DNA from: Mycobacterium leprae TN
Lineage (GTDB): Bacteria; Actinomycetota; Actinomycetes; Mycobacteriales; Mycobacteriaceae
Length of the DNA stretch: 32,000 nucleotides
Assembly (NCBI RefSeq): GCF_000195855.1
Contig: NC_002677.1
Coordinates: 2,970,001-3,002,000, forward strand
Direction of reading: 5' to 3'
In this document: positions 21,560-32,000 of the stretch, piece after piece
Numbering within the stretch: position 1 is the first letter of the stretch
Layout of the letters: each line of letters opens with the position of its first letter
Position numbers and translations under genes: made by a program
The notes under the pieces: model-generated
Databases searched by the model: none
Seen by the model: the letters and a program-made list of their open reading frames with translations, nothing else
What the model was told of the DNA's origin: nothing

Positions 21560-22021
21560 AATCCACGCCCGTGTCACCTGCCCCACCAGCACCCACAACG
21601 CCCTCGTCAACCACTCCAGCCGACCCCGGTCGCCATCGGGCAACTCCAAGGCGGCAACCACATACACCGCGATCACCAGCTACTGCCTGGGCAGCAAGCT
21701 CAAGTTAGTACTCGCCGCCGACATCGGGATCGCCAACTCCACGAAGGTTTTCGAATTCCCCGAAATCGAAATCGGCATCCTGTACTACTCTGGCGGCATC
21801 ACCCGGCTCACCTGGATGCTCGGCACCGGACGGACCCGCGCACCGATATTGTGCGGCAAGCGATTAGACATGCAACAATACGAGCAGTGGGGCATTCTCA
21901 TCGCGATCACCGTACCCGGCGAGCATCTGAAGCAGGCAACGGCCATCGCGTGTGAACTCGACGCGCATTCACCGTTGGCGCTGAACATTAACAATGTCAG
22001 TGCTGGACGTAAACCTTGACT
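21560..22021 (+). pseudogene. Enoyl-CoA hydratase/isomerase family relic
   Basis: TYTAITSYCLGSKLKLVLAADIGIANSTKVFEFPEIEIGILYYSGGITRLTWMLGTGRTRAPILCGKRLDMQQYEQWGILIAITVPGEHLKQATAIACELDAHSPLAL; the reading is clearly crotonase-like but the N-terminal part is missing or shifted. Confidence 0.78.
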
Positions 22022-22099
22022 TGCCAAAGGAAGCCGCCATTGCTGTTCGAGCAACAGGCCTAAATTTAACAGTATGCCCGGAACAAGGGTCGACACGAC

Positions 22100-23547
22100 A
22101 TGAACCCAGTCAACGTTATGGACATATCGGGCAAGCACAGCTTCTACACCAGACTCCTGACCACCGGCTGCAGCGGACCATTCTTCGACGGCTGCGTTAT
22201 AAGCATAATCAGTGCTTGCGTTGCCCGGAGTGGCCGAACAACTCAATCCGATGACCACCGAATCGGGGCTCATCGAATCGGCAACATCTATAAATAATGT
22301 TACTGCTGCGCCAGCAGTATTTGACTTTGTCACCGATCGTTATTGTGCGGAAGAAGATGTATGCCATCAACCTAGCTATGTTGGTGACGAGCTGCACTCG
22401 GTCGGTGCTCGTGACTGCCCCGCGGCAGCTGATCGTGCTGTACTTCGTTATCGGTGCCACCATTGGCGGCAAACTATCCGATCGTGACGTCGCTGCTGAC
22501 CGAGTTCACACCCTCGAGGAATCGAAGTGTAGCGGTAGGCATGTAGGCGTTCTTCTAGTCGGCCACTGCCGTCTTCGCCTTACACTGGGGGCGCTTTGTT
22601 CATCGACATATAAGGCATCAACGACCACTGGCGGATGTTGCTCGTCACGAGCGCGACGCTCAGCATGATTGTCATCATGCTCCAACGCGAAATCCTGGAG
22701 TCGCCGCACTGGCTTGTGCAGACCGGCCGCGTCGCCGACACCTAGAAGAACATCAAGAAAATCTACGATATCGCAGTCGATTTGAGCTTAGCGCGGACCG
22801 ACTAGGCTACCGAAAAGCAGAAGGTCGACTTGCGGGAGTACTTTCGCGGCGAGTACCTGCGTCGGCTAACCATGTGCAGTACGCTGTACCTGGCTGGCGT
22901 CACCCCACTCTATGCTTTACTCACCTTCCTGTCAAAGATCTTGTCCGGCTTCGCGATTCCGGTAAACGAGTCGACGGGTTTGATGATCGAGACCAGCATC
23001 ATCGACCTAATCGTTGCGGGGTCGATCCTCACACTGTACTTGGTCGAGCGGTGGAGACCGCGCCCGATGGCAGTGTCTCTGTTGAGCATAATGGTGATTC
23101 CGCAGGCCTGCCTGCAGGTTGTAGGCGAACGGCCCGTTGTGGTTTATCGTCGCCATGTTGTACATCTACGCGTTCGTGTACGGCGGCCTGGTCATTTTGC
23201 ACTTTAGTGTGGATCTATCCGAACGAACTGTTCCCGACCGAGGTCCACGGGCAACGGCCGTCGGAATGCGATCTTGGGCAGCCGGATTGGAATCACGACC
23301 GGAACGTACCTGCTGCCGCTGAGCATCGCTCTCCCTTGGCGCCGACACGACCATGCTGTCCAGCGAGATTCTCACCGCGGCGGCGTTCGTTATCCTCCTG
23401 GTCATAGCACTCGAAACCAAGGACAGGGCTTCGGAAGAAATCTCGAGCATCCACGAACATCACCACCACATGGATCTGCCCCGCACGTCGGAGTCACGCA
23501 TGCAACCAAATCCTCGAACACAACCCGACACCGTCCAACAACGGTAG
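22100..23547 (+). pseudogene. MFS (metabolite:H+ symporter type) transporter relic, multiple frameshifts
   Basis: FYTRLLTTGCSGPFFDGCVISII / MYAINLAMLV...RQLIVLYFVIG / GVLLVG / YFRGEYLRRLTMCSTLYLAGVTPLYALLTFL...SIIDLIVAGSILTLYLVERWRPRPM / YPNELFPTEVHG / RIGITTGTYLLPLSIA / LSSEILTAAAFVILLVIALETKDRASEE. Confidence 0.8.
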
Positions 23548-24487
23548 CCGAGCCACGGTATAGCGGACATAGCGGCTCGTCGATACTTGCGGGTTACTTC
23601 AGGCTCGGGGCAACCACATAACGCGGAACCACTACCTGGGAGGCGACGACCACATCGAGCAGCAGAATGCCTTGGCCGAAGAAGAAAATAAACTATCATT
23701 GGTGATAACGAAACTCTGGTAATTAGCGGGCTCTAAACCTGAATCCGGAGCTATCGACACTAGCTGTCACGTTTGCTTCTGCAACTTCATCGTACACGAT
23801 AGAAAATACCGCCAGCAGCGGGGCGGTGTCGGACTTCCACAACGTGGTGTAGGTAGATGGTAACTCTGGTCCCAAGTGAACGCCTTGTAGTTGGCATCAC
23901 CGACCGTCTGGTAGGTCTTGCGCACCAGTCGACTGCATAACGAGCCGAAACTACCACTGACCCGTAAAGGACCGAGGTGATATCCAGTTCGTTAAGTACG
24001 TTGCGTTGCGCGGCCGACTTGGCCACATCAACGAATCCGTCACGGGTCTAGGCAACATAATCTTACAACGGCTGTATGGTGCAGGGTAGAAACTTGGCAA
24101 GCTGATGTCAATCATGTAACTGGATCCCCGATCTGAGTCCGGCATATCTGCCCAGCAATTAAGCCTTTAAAACTATCGTAGATAATCTTGGCTTGGCATC
24201 AACGACATCGGGAAAACCAAACAGAACGCTCGCCGTGACAAGTACGACAACACCTTAATGCTCATGTCGAAATCTTTCTTCGTTGTGAGCACCCGAGTCG
24301 ACCACACACACTAGGCCACCGCGGTGCCGACCCCAATCAGGGGGCGAGCGTACTGTCCACAGCCAAGACCGAGCAAGGTTTCGACGCTACTACCCAAGAC
24401 ATCATAACCAACGGACTCAGCGAACATATGGCACGCGGTAGTTTGCAAAACCGATTGCCGAGTTGGCGCAGCTAGCATCCTAGGTCA

Positions 24488-24936
24488 TATTTCGTGAATT
24501 ACGTTGTAGAACACTACGAAGCCGCTCAAAATCAGGATAGCCGCACGCAATCCGGCATTGTTGCAGTCCATCCACTCTTTTAGCCGCACCAGCGCATCAT
24601 CAAGGCGATTACCGGCGGTCACGTAGGCCAAAATACTGGGATAGCAGCCGTTAAAGCAGCTACGGCGACGAAGCAGGCGGCAACTATCCACGTACCCGCG
24701 ACACCAAGTTCGCCGGCACCGATGGCCAATCTGGCCGCCACATAAATCAACAGTACCTCAACCCTGATCACCACCAGCACCGGTCCGAGGACCACACGCA
24801 GCCAAGACGCCCTGGTGGGCAGTTACTTTATCCAATCATTCCAGCACACCGGATGCCGCGATGAACAGCGCAGTCAGGGCCACAATACCCAGCAGCCCGC
24901 CGCCAAGGAACACTAGGCTACTGTGTCGCTGCCGTG
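24488..24936 (-). pseudogene. GAP/Sap (LysE-like) membrane protein relic
   Basis: WLRVVLGPVLVVIRV...GAGELGVAGTWIVAACFVAVAALTAAIPV / ILAYVTAGNRLDDALVRLKEWMDCNNAGLRAAILILSGFVVFYNVIHEI, matching the LxxLKxWMxxNNAxxMAVLLLVxGxxLxGxG pattern. Confidence 0.55.
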
Positions 24937-25557
24937 GCACATGTAAGACTACAGTATCGCCGGGATGATCGACAGCGGCGAGATGCGATAAACAGCGCAA
25001 GCGAAATGAGATCGGTCAACACCGAGCTCCAGCTTTTTTATGCGTTTAGCCATCTTCGCATTGATACCCACGTCTGGACTACAGAGCGCGCCGCGGTTGG
25101 GCTGGTTTTTCCTAAACCTCGGTCATCGGGCCCGATGGTTAATCAACGCACATCGCGTGCGATGACCCGGCATTGTGGGGCAGGCGACACCCACGCTGCA
25201 CCGCCGTAACATCTCGTTTGGGAAGCGGTCGTGGCTGGGTACTGTTCGTCAAGCAACCCACCCGGGAGGGATCAATCGGCAACTCGAATTCATCTTGGAC
25301 ACATTTTCATCTTGCTGTTGACCGAAGCCACCGATGCACTGGTGTCGATTCCGGAAGGCGCATTGATCGTCGACGGCGATAGTACGATCAGACTTTGCCT
25401 GCGAACGAGCAAATGTCCAGTTTAATTACCGTTACACGATGGTATCCTACTATCGATCCAGTTTTTTTCCGAGCTTCGTAGACACCCCCGACCATTTCCC
25501 TCAGACGTTTGCCCGCGATTCTTATAAGGGCGGGTAGCTGCTAGAACCGATAAACCT

Positions 25558-26764
25558 GTGCATCTACCCATCGGGAAACCGCTTAGTCGACCAGCACTTC
25601 GCCGAGACCGGCTCGCACTGCTACCAGCTGCGCTGGACTCGCTGATCGTTGGATTATTGGCCGCCGCAGTGAGTTTTAGTCAGCGTCGGCTGTCCATCTT
25701 TCTGGGTACGACGAGGCGAAAGCATTTCGGCTTCATACGGTCGTTACTGGGTCAGTGGTGGCATATACTGAGCAATGTCGACGGTGTTAACGTCCCGTAC
25801 TATATGCTGGTGCACCGCTGTTTGCCTATATTCCCGGCTATCGCATTCTGGTCTCGCGTGCCAAGCGGTCCTGCTGCTGGAGACACCGTAACCGGAGTAG
25901 TGCTGCTGGGTAGGCAGTTTTCTTATCGGACTGTGGCGGTGGCGGCTGGGGCCATCTGCGCAATCTTGCCGCGATCGACATGAGCAGGCATCGAAACTCG
26001 CCCGTACGCCGTTTCGATGATGGCCGTTGTGTGGCTGACAGTGTTGCTCGGATATGCGGCGTGCTGTGTGTAACGTTCGGATCTGGCTATTTTATGGCTA
26101 CGCCCTAGCGATATCGATTCTTCTCGATGCGTACCTCGTGTTGTTAGCTTATGCATTATTTACCGTCACCTTCCAGCACACATGAACCATTCGATCGCGG
26201 TTCGTTATTACGTCCGGTGTTGACAATTGCGCTGTGACACGATTTTTGTTTTAAGCCATCGGGAAAGTACAACAAATCAACTGGATCGAACCGAGTAGAC
26301 AGCAAAGGTTCGAAGATATAATAATATCATACTATTTCGAACGAAGCCCCGCGTTTATGGTTTTGTCGTAACTTTTCACAGGAACAGCTATTTTGTGGCT
26401 GTGCACATCCGCACAACTTATTACCGGAGATCGATAACTGTTGACACATGCGATAGCGCGACTTTCCACCCCTACCGCTCTTATCCTCTTGTGGTCGGCT
26501 GCTGTCCACCCGATCTACACACCCCGCTACTTGTCGTTAACCGTGCCAGCACTACTCGTGGATGTCTTCATCGGCCGCATCGCTTCCGTGTCCGTAAAGT
26601 CTTGGATAGCTACAGCTCTCGTCCACCTTTTCTCTCTGACCTCAGTTATTGACTTGCCTGCGTGCGTAGCGCAGCCCGTATGTCAAATACTTAATGGATT
26701 ACAATTACAATCAAGTGACCGATCTGATCAGTGCAAGCAGCACCAGGTGATTGCTTACTCGTGA
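25558..26764 (+). pseudogene. Multi-pass GT-C/PMT-type glycosyltransferase relic
   Basis: SLIVGLLAAAVSFSQ...SLLGQWWHILSNVDGVNVPYYMLVHRCLPIFPAIAFWSRVPSG...VLLGRQFSYRTVAVAAGAICAILPR / AGIETRPYAVSMMAVVWLTVLLGY / ALAISILLDAYLVLLAYALFTVTF / LWSAAVHPIYTPRYLSLTVPALL, pieces in order but in different frames. Confidence 0.7.
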
Positions 26765-27139
26765 ACGACACAGTAACGTTCCCGCCTTCTCCAATGCGCC
26801 CATTGACGGTGGAGCGTCCTGGTGGCTACCGGAAACTAATCAGCTTCACCCTTCGGCAACAAGCTACGGACCAGCAATGACGTCTTCTACACCAATCTCA
26901 TACCAGACGTTGTCACCGAGCCGTTGAGCCACTGCGGAGTCGTGTGGGCCATCACCCCAAGCCGAGACCTCACAGCCGGCCCATGAGAAGCCCATGAGAA
27001 GGGTGTAGCGCTGCAGGCGGGGTCGGCTTGTTACGGAGCAACCTCATCAGCCTTCGCGGTTCGTCACAACCTAGGCCTTACGGCTCTGGCCGGGCGCGGG
27101 CAGTTCAATCTCATCCAGGTGATCAAAACGATGAAGTAG

Positions 27140-27970
27140 CCGCTAACAGATACTTATGTAGTAGATGAGTATGGCCTGCGGCAAAATACTCAGGGCGGAT
27201 AACCAGCACTCAGGCCGCCGACCACCATGGTGAACGTAGGAGTCATCCAATAGCACGGATTGTTGAACAGCCAACGTATGTCATCGACATTACTGTACAA
27301 CCGATATGGGTCTATTAGAACATTGAAGTAGGGTTTGGCGCTATCGACATAGTCCCGCCAGAATTTGCAACCTTCTCCATTACAACACATTAGCCAGGTG
27401 TGCCAGTCCCTGTCGATCAAACCGGAAATCGTTTTCCCCTTTCCAGATTTTTCTATTTTATGCAATCTGGACCGTGGTGAACGACGCCCACTGGCTGTTG
27501 CTATACCATTCGAAAAGCCGACCTTGCCGTCTAGCAGGGAATCCTCATTGACACGCCAGAACGAGGACATCGGACCGGGAAAAATTCCAGTTTTTTATCC
27601 GCGCTTCCCAAATTTAATTTGATCATGCTGCGTAAGTTGCCACACAGTTTAGCACCGTAGTAGGTGCCAACTTCTTGAATGGCGCAGAGGACGAGGTTGG
27701 AATTGTCATCGATGAACAAACTTCAGCGATCGTCGCGGTATATCCGTCGCGACCGACGGAAACATATCGTCCTGCCAGCTCTGCACCGCCCCACTTGGCT
27801 GGACAGATCCTGCACCCTCCGGGCTAGCCGCCTGACAGTAGCACCCGATCGCCCGGTGTGGACTGGCATTAACGCGGGCTGTCCCCCGGGCCTTATGAGA
27901 CACGAACGGCGACTTCCAGCATGCCGATTCCCCCATTGTCAACAACATGCTATGACAAGCCGCCTCAAAA
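27140..27970 (-). pseudogene. Glycoside hydrolase family 16 (beta-1,3-glucanase-like) relic, copy A
   Basis: VFIDDNSNLVLCAIQEVGTYYGAKLCGN... / FFPVRCPRSGVSM / GLIDRDWHTWLMCCNGEGCKFWRDYVDSAKPYFNVLIDP...FNNPCYWMTPTFTMVVGGLSAGYPP / PQAILIYYISI. Confidence 0.75.
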
Positions 27971-28064
27971 TACCGCCGGTCGTTAGAAAAACCAATTCCT
28001 TCGTCTTAGCATGTTTCCCCAGACAACTTTCGCAAACAATGCTATGAAACCACGCATCGTGGTT

Positions 28065-28900
28065 AGCACATATCTCCACAGCCGCGTCCAGTCGACGAGC
28101 ATTTCTGCCGGATAAGCACCACGCACAGGGTCACCACCACCTTAACCACCAACAGCAAGATTCAAGACCGGAATCATCGTATAGTCGGGATCAATTGAAT
28201 GGCCACTGGCGGACTGGGTCGTTGGGATTTTCGATGCCGGTCGCTAAAACACTGGAATCTGGAATAGGGTTCCATGCTATCTGCGTAATCCGGCCAGAAG
28301 TACATGCCGATTGTATTCCAGGTGACTCACTAGTTATGCCACACGTTGTCCACCACAATCGGGGCGTCTCAAAAGCTGTGCCCTCGGGGTTTGCGTGGAC
28401 CGTATTCCCGACGGCCACTCTCCGTTGCCGTACCACTCCATGAGATCGACTTCTCCGCTGCGACTAGGGTCATCATTGGACAAACCACCAAGCAGACCAG
28501 CAACCGCTGGTAAAGCAGTTGAGTTTTATTCGTGCTTCCCAAGTGGTCCCGATGGATCCTCGCCAAGTACCATTGACTAAGCTACCGAAGTAACCGGTGC
28601 GGTCTCTTCTGGCGCTCATAACGAGATTGCAATTGCTGTCAAGAAACACGTTTTGGCGACTTACCCAAAAAACTTCGGTTCTGTCAAAACCGGCCGGGTT
28701 CCTGATCAACGTGCGGTAGTTTTAAAACACAATCCACGTCGACCGGTCCGGTGATAAGCCCGCTGAACCGGAAAACTCGTCGTGAAACAGGAATTCCCCG
28801 GATTGTGTCGTGGGCGCGGCAGGAGGTGGTTACAGTGGGGAAGCTCTTCTTTCAGCATCGGGTCAGCGGCAGCGAATGTGCCTAACCCTGCCATCATCAC
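28065..28900 (-). pseudogene. Glycoside hydrolase family 16 (beta-1,3-glucanase-like, Rv0315-like) relic, copy B
   Basis: MMMAGLGTFAAADP... / IRNPAGFDRTEVFWVSRQNVFLDSNCNLVMSARRDRTGYFGSLVNGTWRGSIGTTWEARIKLNCFTSGCWSAWW / TVHANPEGTAFET / AWNPIPD...ATGIENPNDPVRQWPFN / DYTMIPVLNLAVGG*GGGDPVRGAYPAEMLVDWTRLW. Confidence 0.85.
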
Positions 28901-29559
28901 GCGGAGACGATCAAGACTCTAGCATAAGCCAAGGACCGTAGCAGCCAGCGCGCAGCTGCCCTGAAACCAACCGACGCAGCAATCTAAGCTTCCGTCAATT
29001 CGGTTGAGCAAATCGGGCACGCAATTGAAACTACCGAAGCACCGCAACCCCTCCAAAAGGACCGAAAGCTCCTCAGGTAATGGCCCATTATGCACGATCC
29101 GGTGTGGCAGCATCGGGTCATGGAACCCCAGGATGGTCCGAAGCCCGTATCCGGGAGTGGAGCGCCCGCTGGCCAACTAGGAACACTGTACCCGAACTGT
29201 GGGGGAATGCAGCCACCACACAGTTACAGCTATGTACTCGTCCTGCCGGTTTCTCCGCCGCCGTCCTCCGATTACGACGGCCCGATCCGGGACCTGTCGC
29301 CAAGACCGCACTTGGGCATTCGCCTGTGGTGGACCCGGTGAACGTTGTGTTAATGTTGACTGCCGTCGGCGGCATAGCCACATTAAGCGCACACCGATTG
29401 TCCCACGGCAACTTCGTCATTTTGTCCCTTACCCCTGAGTATTTCCCGTCCCAGTTCACCGAGAAGGAGCCCCAGCAGCCCGGGTTCCCTGTAAGTCGGT
29501 CTCAAACGTCCAACGCTAGAGCGTCGACACCACCGACGACCAAGCCCGCTCCATCAGCA

Positions 29560-29815
29560 TCTCCGGCGTCAATCAGAGCAAGATGACCGTTTGTAACAAC
29601 AGCATTGTGGGCGTCAGCTGGAGTCTCCAAACACCGTCGTTATCACCGGCCATCGTGCCAACCTCACCCTGTCCGGCGTGAAGAACTCAGTCACCGTCGA
29701 CTCGGGCGACACCATCGACACACCCGGCTTCAACAACCAAGTCATTTATCGCTCCGACTTACCGAGCATAGACAAGTCCAACGACTCGGACGTCGTCCAA
29801 CAGAGCTGGCTGCGA
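29560..29815 (+). pseudogene. DUF3060-type (lipo)protein relic
   Basis: SPNTVVITGHRANLTLSGVKNSVTVDSGDTIDTPGFNNQVIYRSDLPSIDKSNDSDVVQQS: repeated short beta-type units typical of DUF3060; the upstream part is not continuous. Confidence 0.55.
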
Positions 29816-30238
29816 CTACAACTGTTGCGTCGACTCTTGGTGAGAGTCGAGCACACTGACCGCGATGCCGTACGGCAAAAAGCGCACTTTGCGCTTCGGA
29901 TCAACGTTGTTCTTGTTCGCCCGCAGAGCATCGAGTTCGGTTGCATAAACCTGTTCGACCCGAGCGGCGCCGTCGCCGGTCACGGTGTAGATGGCCCACA
30001 CACCGTCACCGGCCTCATCGGCGGTTTCCTGCGCGGGACGTGCACGCCGTGACAAGTCCTCGAAGATCGCCGACCATGCTGTCCGAACACCTGGGCCACC
30101 GACAAATCGGCTGATCCGCTCAAAGGCGTCGCGCAGTCCCTCACTACCCTCCTTGATCAGTCGATCGAAATCGTCGGGATCAAATCCGAATGCACTGTAC
30201 TCGCCCACCCGACCTCCTTGCTGTTGGTAGCTGGACAC
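29816..30238 (-). CDS. Conserved mycobacterial hypothetical protein (Rv0313-like), 140 aa
   Basis: MSSYQQQGGRVGEYSAFGFDPDDFDRLIKEGSEGLRDAFERISRFV...GDGVWAIYTVTGDGAARVEQVYATELDALRANKNNVDPKRKVRFLPYGIAVSVLD; uninterrupted, normal composition, consistent with synteny. Confidence 0.75.
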   Translation of the reverse strand: MSSYQQQGGRVGEYSAFGFDPDDFDRLIKEGSEGLRDAFERISRFVGGPGVRTAWSAIFEDLSRRARPAQETADEAGDGVWAIYTVTGDGAARVEQVYATELDALRANKNNVDPKRKVRFLPYGIAVSVLDSHQESTQQL

Positions 30239-32000
30239 TGCCCAGTGTGCGCTTCGCCGAAGCCATCCGCCACGTTTCGTAGCCCAGCACCAGACCTGGG
30301 AGCGGGGGCGGTGCGCCGGTGGATAGCTTGAAATCGGGATCCCGAAGAACGGGACGTGCAGCTACATCGTTATGATTGGAGTGGGCTGTTGAGTCTCGAC
30401 CAGCGGTGACGGTGGGAACGACACCGCAGCCGGCGGGGTAGTACCCGGGACAGCCGATAGCGAGATCTATGGCACCGACAGCAGGCTAAGCGACGACCGA
30501 AGCGCAAGAGTGACGACGCCGGTGCGAGCGCTGGGCCACTGAGCGTGCATTAAACGCTAACGAAATCACCACCAGCGACCACACGATGGCAGCGATCCCA
30601 CTATTGCACTACCGGACCAGTATGTTAAAACCCCCTGCCTCTGCACGGTCTGGTCGTCATACAGAGCACTATAGCCAGAATATTCTCGCCCATGTCTGCA
30701 TGTGCGCAGACGTCGAGATCTGTCGGATTCAGCACACGGAGGGTTACCTCGCCGGTATACACTCCAGCACAGTGAGCCAGAGTGGCCCGATCACGCCGCG
30801 AATAGTGGCATGTTCGTAGAAGCCAGAGCAGCCCCGCAGTCTAGCGTTATCTCCGATTTCCCAGGGACGCTGACCTCGAGCAAAGGCGCTGTCTAGAGTC
30901 CAGGCTTGAGTGTGACGGCGTCGGTTCGGATAGCTGATAATTAATTACGCCGTCCGCCTACGAGGTGAGTTCGACGTCAGCAGACTTAGGCGCACACCAG
31001 GCGCTGCCGGCGACATCAACGACAGCCAACGTTGCGTTGTCTGGATTTACAAACCAACATGGCGATGGGCTGGTAACCGATCCCAGCGCCAATACTGCGG
31101 CAACGAATAACGAGAAGACTATGAAGTCGCCGAATCCCCACCGACAACTAGCTGGAACATGTACCGCCCGACGATGATGCCGTCGGTATTCTCGCTTTTG
31201 ATCAGCACCAAGTGGACCGTCGTAGGTGCCATCGATACCCCAAGTAAGATGTTCACTGGTACTCCAAAGTTTCAAAAGGCCGGCAAAACGTTGTTTAGCT
31301 GCTAGCCACGATTTGAGTGGACGGACCGCACCGTGCGGGCTGTCATTGATGAACTGGGAACGTTTATCAAATTTCGGCCAGCAACGACGAGGCATCACAA
31401 CGGCAACTTGTCACCAGCTTGGGTTGGGGTGGGTAACGCGTGTAACCGGGCACCGACCTAACTACCTGATCAATGTATATGGTGGCCGACGGCTTAATCG
31501 TTGGTACGATGGTTACCTTGGTAACCATCGATGGCACTGTTGTCACAAGTACCTGCGGCGGTACCGAATAGCGAAGCCGGCGTCTCATAGTGCCGCTTAG
31601 CGGCAAAGTATAACACTTGGGACCGGACTTGCTGCTAATGAACAGGGCAGCAGTGCCGGCCGAAGTGTTACGTTTAAGCACCGCCAGGGCTTTAGTGCTT
31701 TACTGTATGCTCATTAGCGAGTACAATATATTTCCGGTCACAATCATGGCTACCAAGGCGCACAGCACGATGACCAGATTGTCAACGCTTTGGACATGCC
31801 GCCAGGACCGTCCTAGGGCGGCTCGATCACGTTTAGCCGCACCGCAGAGACACGTCGGATCGTCTTCGTACAAAGAATCGCGGCTAAAACGCTCCGATAC
31901 CCCCCCGAATATTCGGCCTGCTACGAGGACAAATCGCGCTTGGTCAAGGCATCCGTATCGACCACCAACACCCCAGCGTCTAAGACGGCCGGTAATTCGA

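Noticed and set aside
30958-31398. 146 aa - strand ORF with a hydrophobic segment and VNPDNATLAVVDVAG, plus the Thr/Val/Pro-rich - strand ORF 31367-31681
   Set aside because: Could be remnants of a Rv0312-type or DUF7159-type protein, but the evidence is too weak to assign a feature.
1-32000. CRISPR arrays, rRNA, insertion sequences, toxin-antitoxin pairs or biosynthetic clusters
   Set aside because: No regularly spaced repeats, rRNA signatures, transposase ORFs or IS terminal repeats were recognised by eye; a RepeatMasker/BLASTN check for RLEP-, REPLEP- and LEPREP-type repeats would be needed to exclude dispersed repeats.

Overview
This window looks like a heavily decayed stretch of a Mycobacterium leprae-type chromosome. 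It is inferred from protein similarity and from gene order that runs like the M. tuberculosis Rv0352-Rv0312 region read backwards. Intact or probably intact genes are dnaJ1 (truncated by the window edge), grpE, dnaK, a short enoyl-CoA hydratase/isomerase family gene, a secreted LpqJ-like protein, a large membrane Fe-S (CCG-domain) reductase, an AspC/alanine-type aminotransferase, rmlA, dcd, tRNA-Gly(CCC) and a small conserved mycobacterial protein (Rv0313-like). Most of the rest is pseudogene sea, where protein relics can be read only by hopping frames: a TetR regulator, a three-subunit molybdenum hydroxylase (cox L-M-S order), an Rv0333-like SnoaL protein, udgA, a DUF7159-like fragment, an AbiEii-like nucleotidyltransferase, an enoyl-CoA hydratase, an MFS transporter, a GAP/Sap-family membrane protein, a GT-C glycosyltransferase, two tandem GH16 glucanases and a DUF3060 lipoprotein. 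I found no convincing intact novel system. The observations most worth a second look are the perfect 18-bp-arm palindrome at 9331-9370, the 11-bp-arm palindrome after the LpqJ-like gene, the HspR-type operator upstream of dnaK, the chimeric DUF7159/udgA junction, the relic Mo-hydroxylase operon, the AbiEii relic and the tandem GH16 relics.
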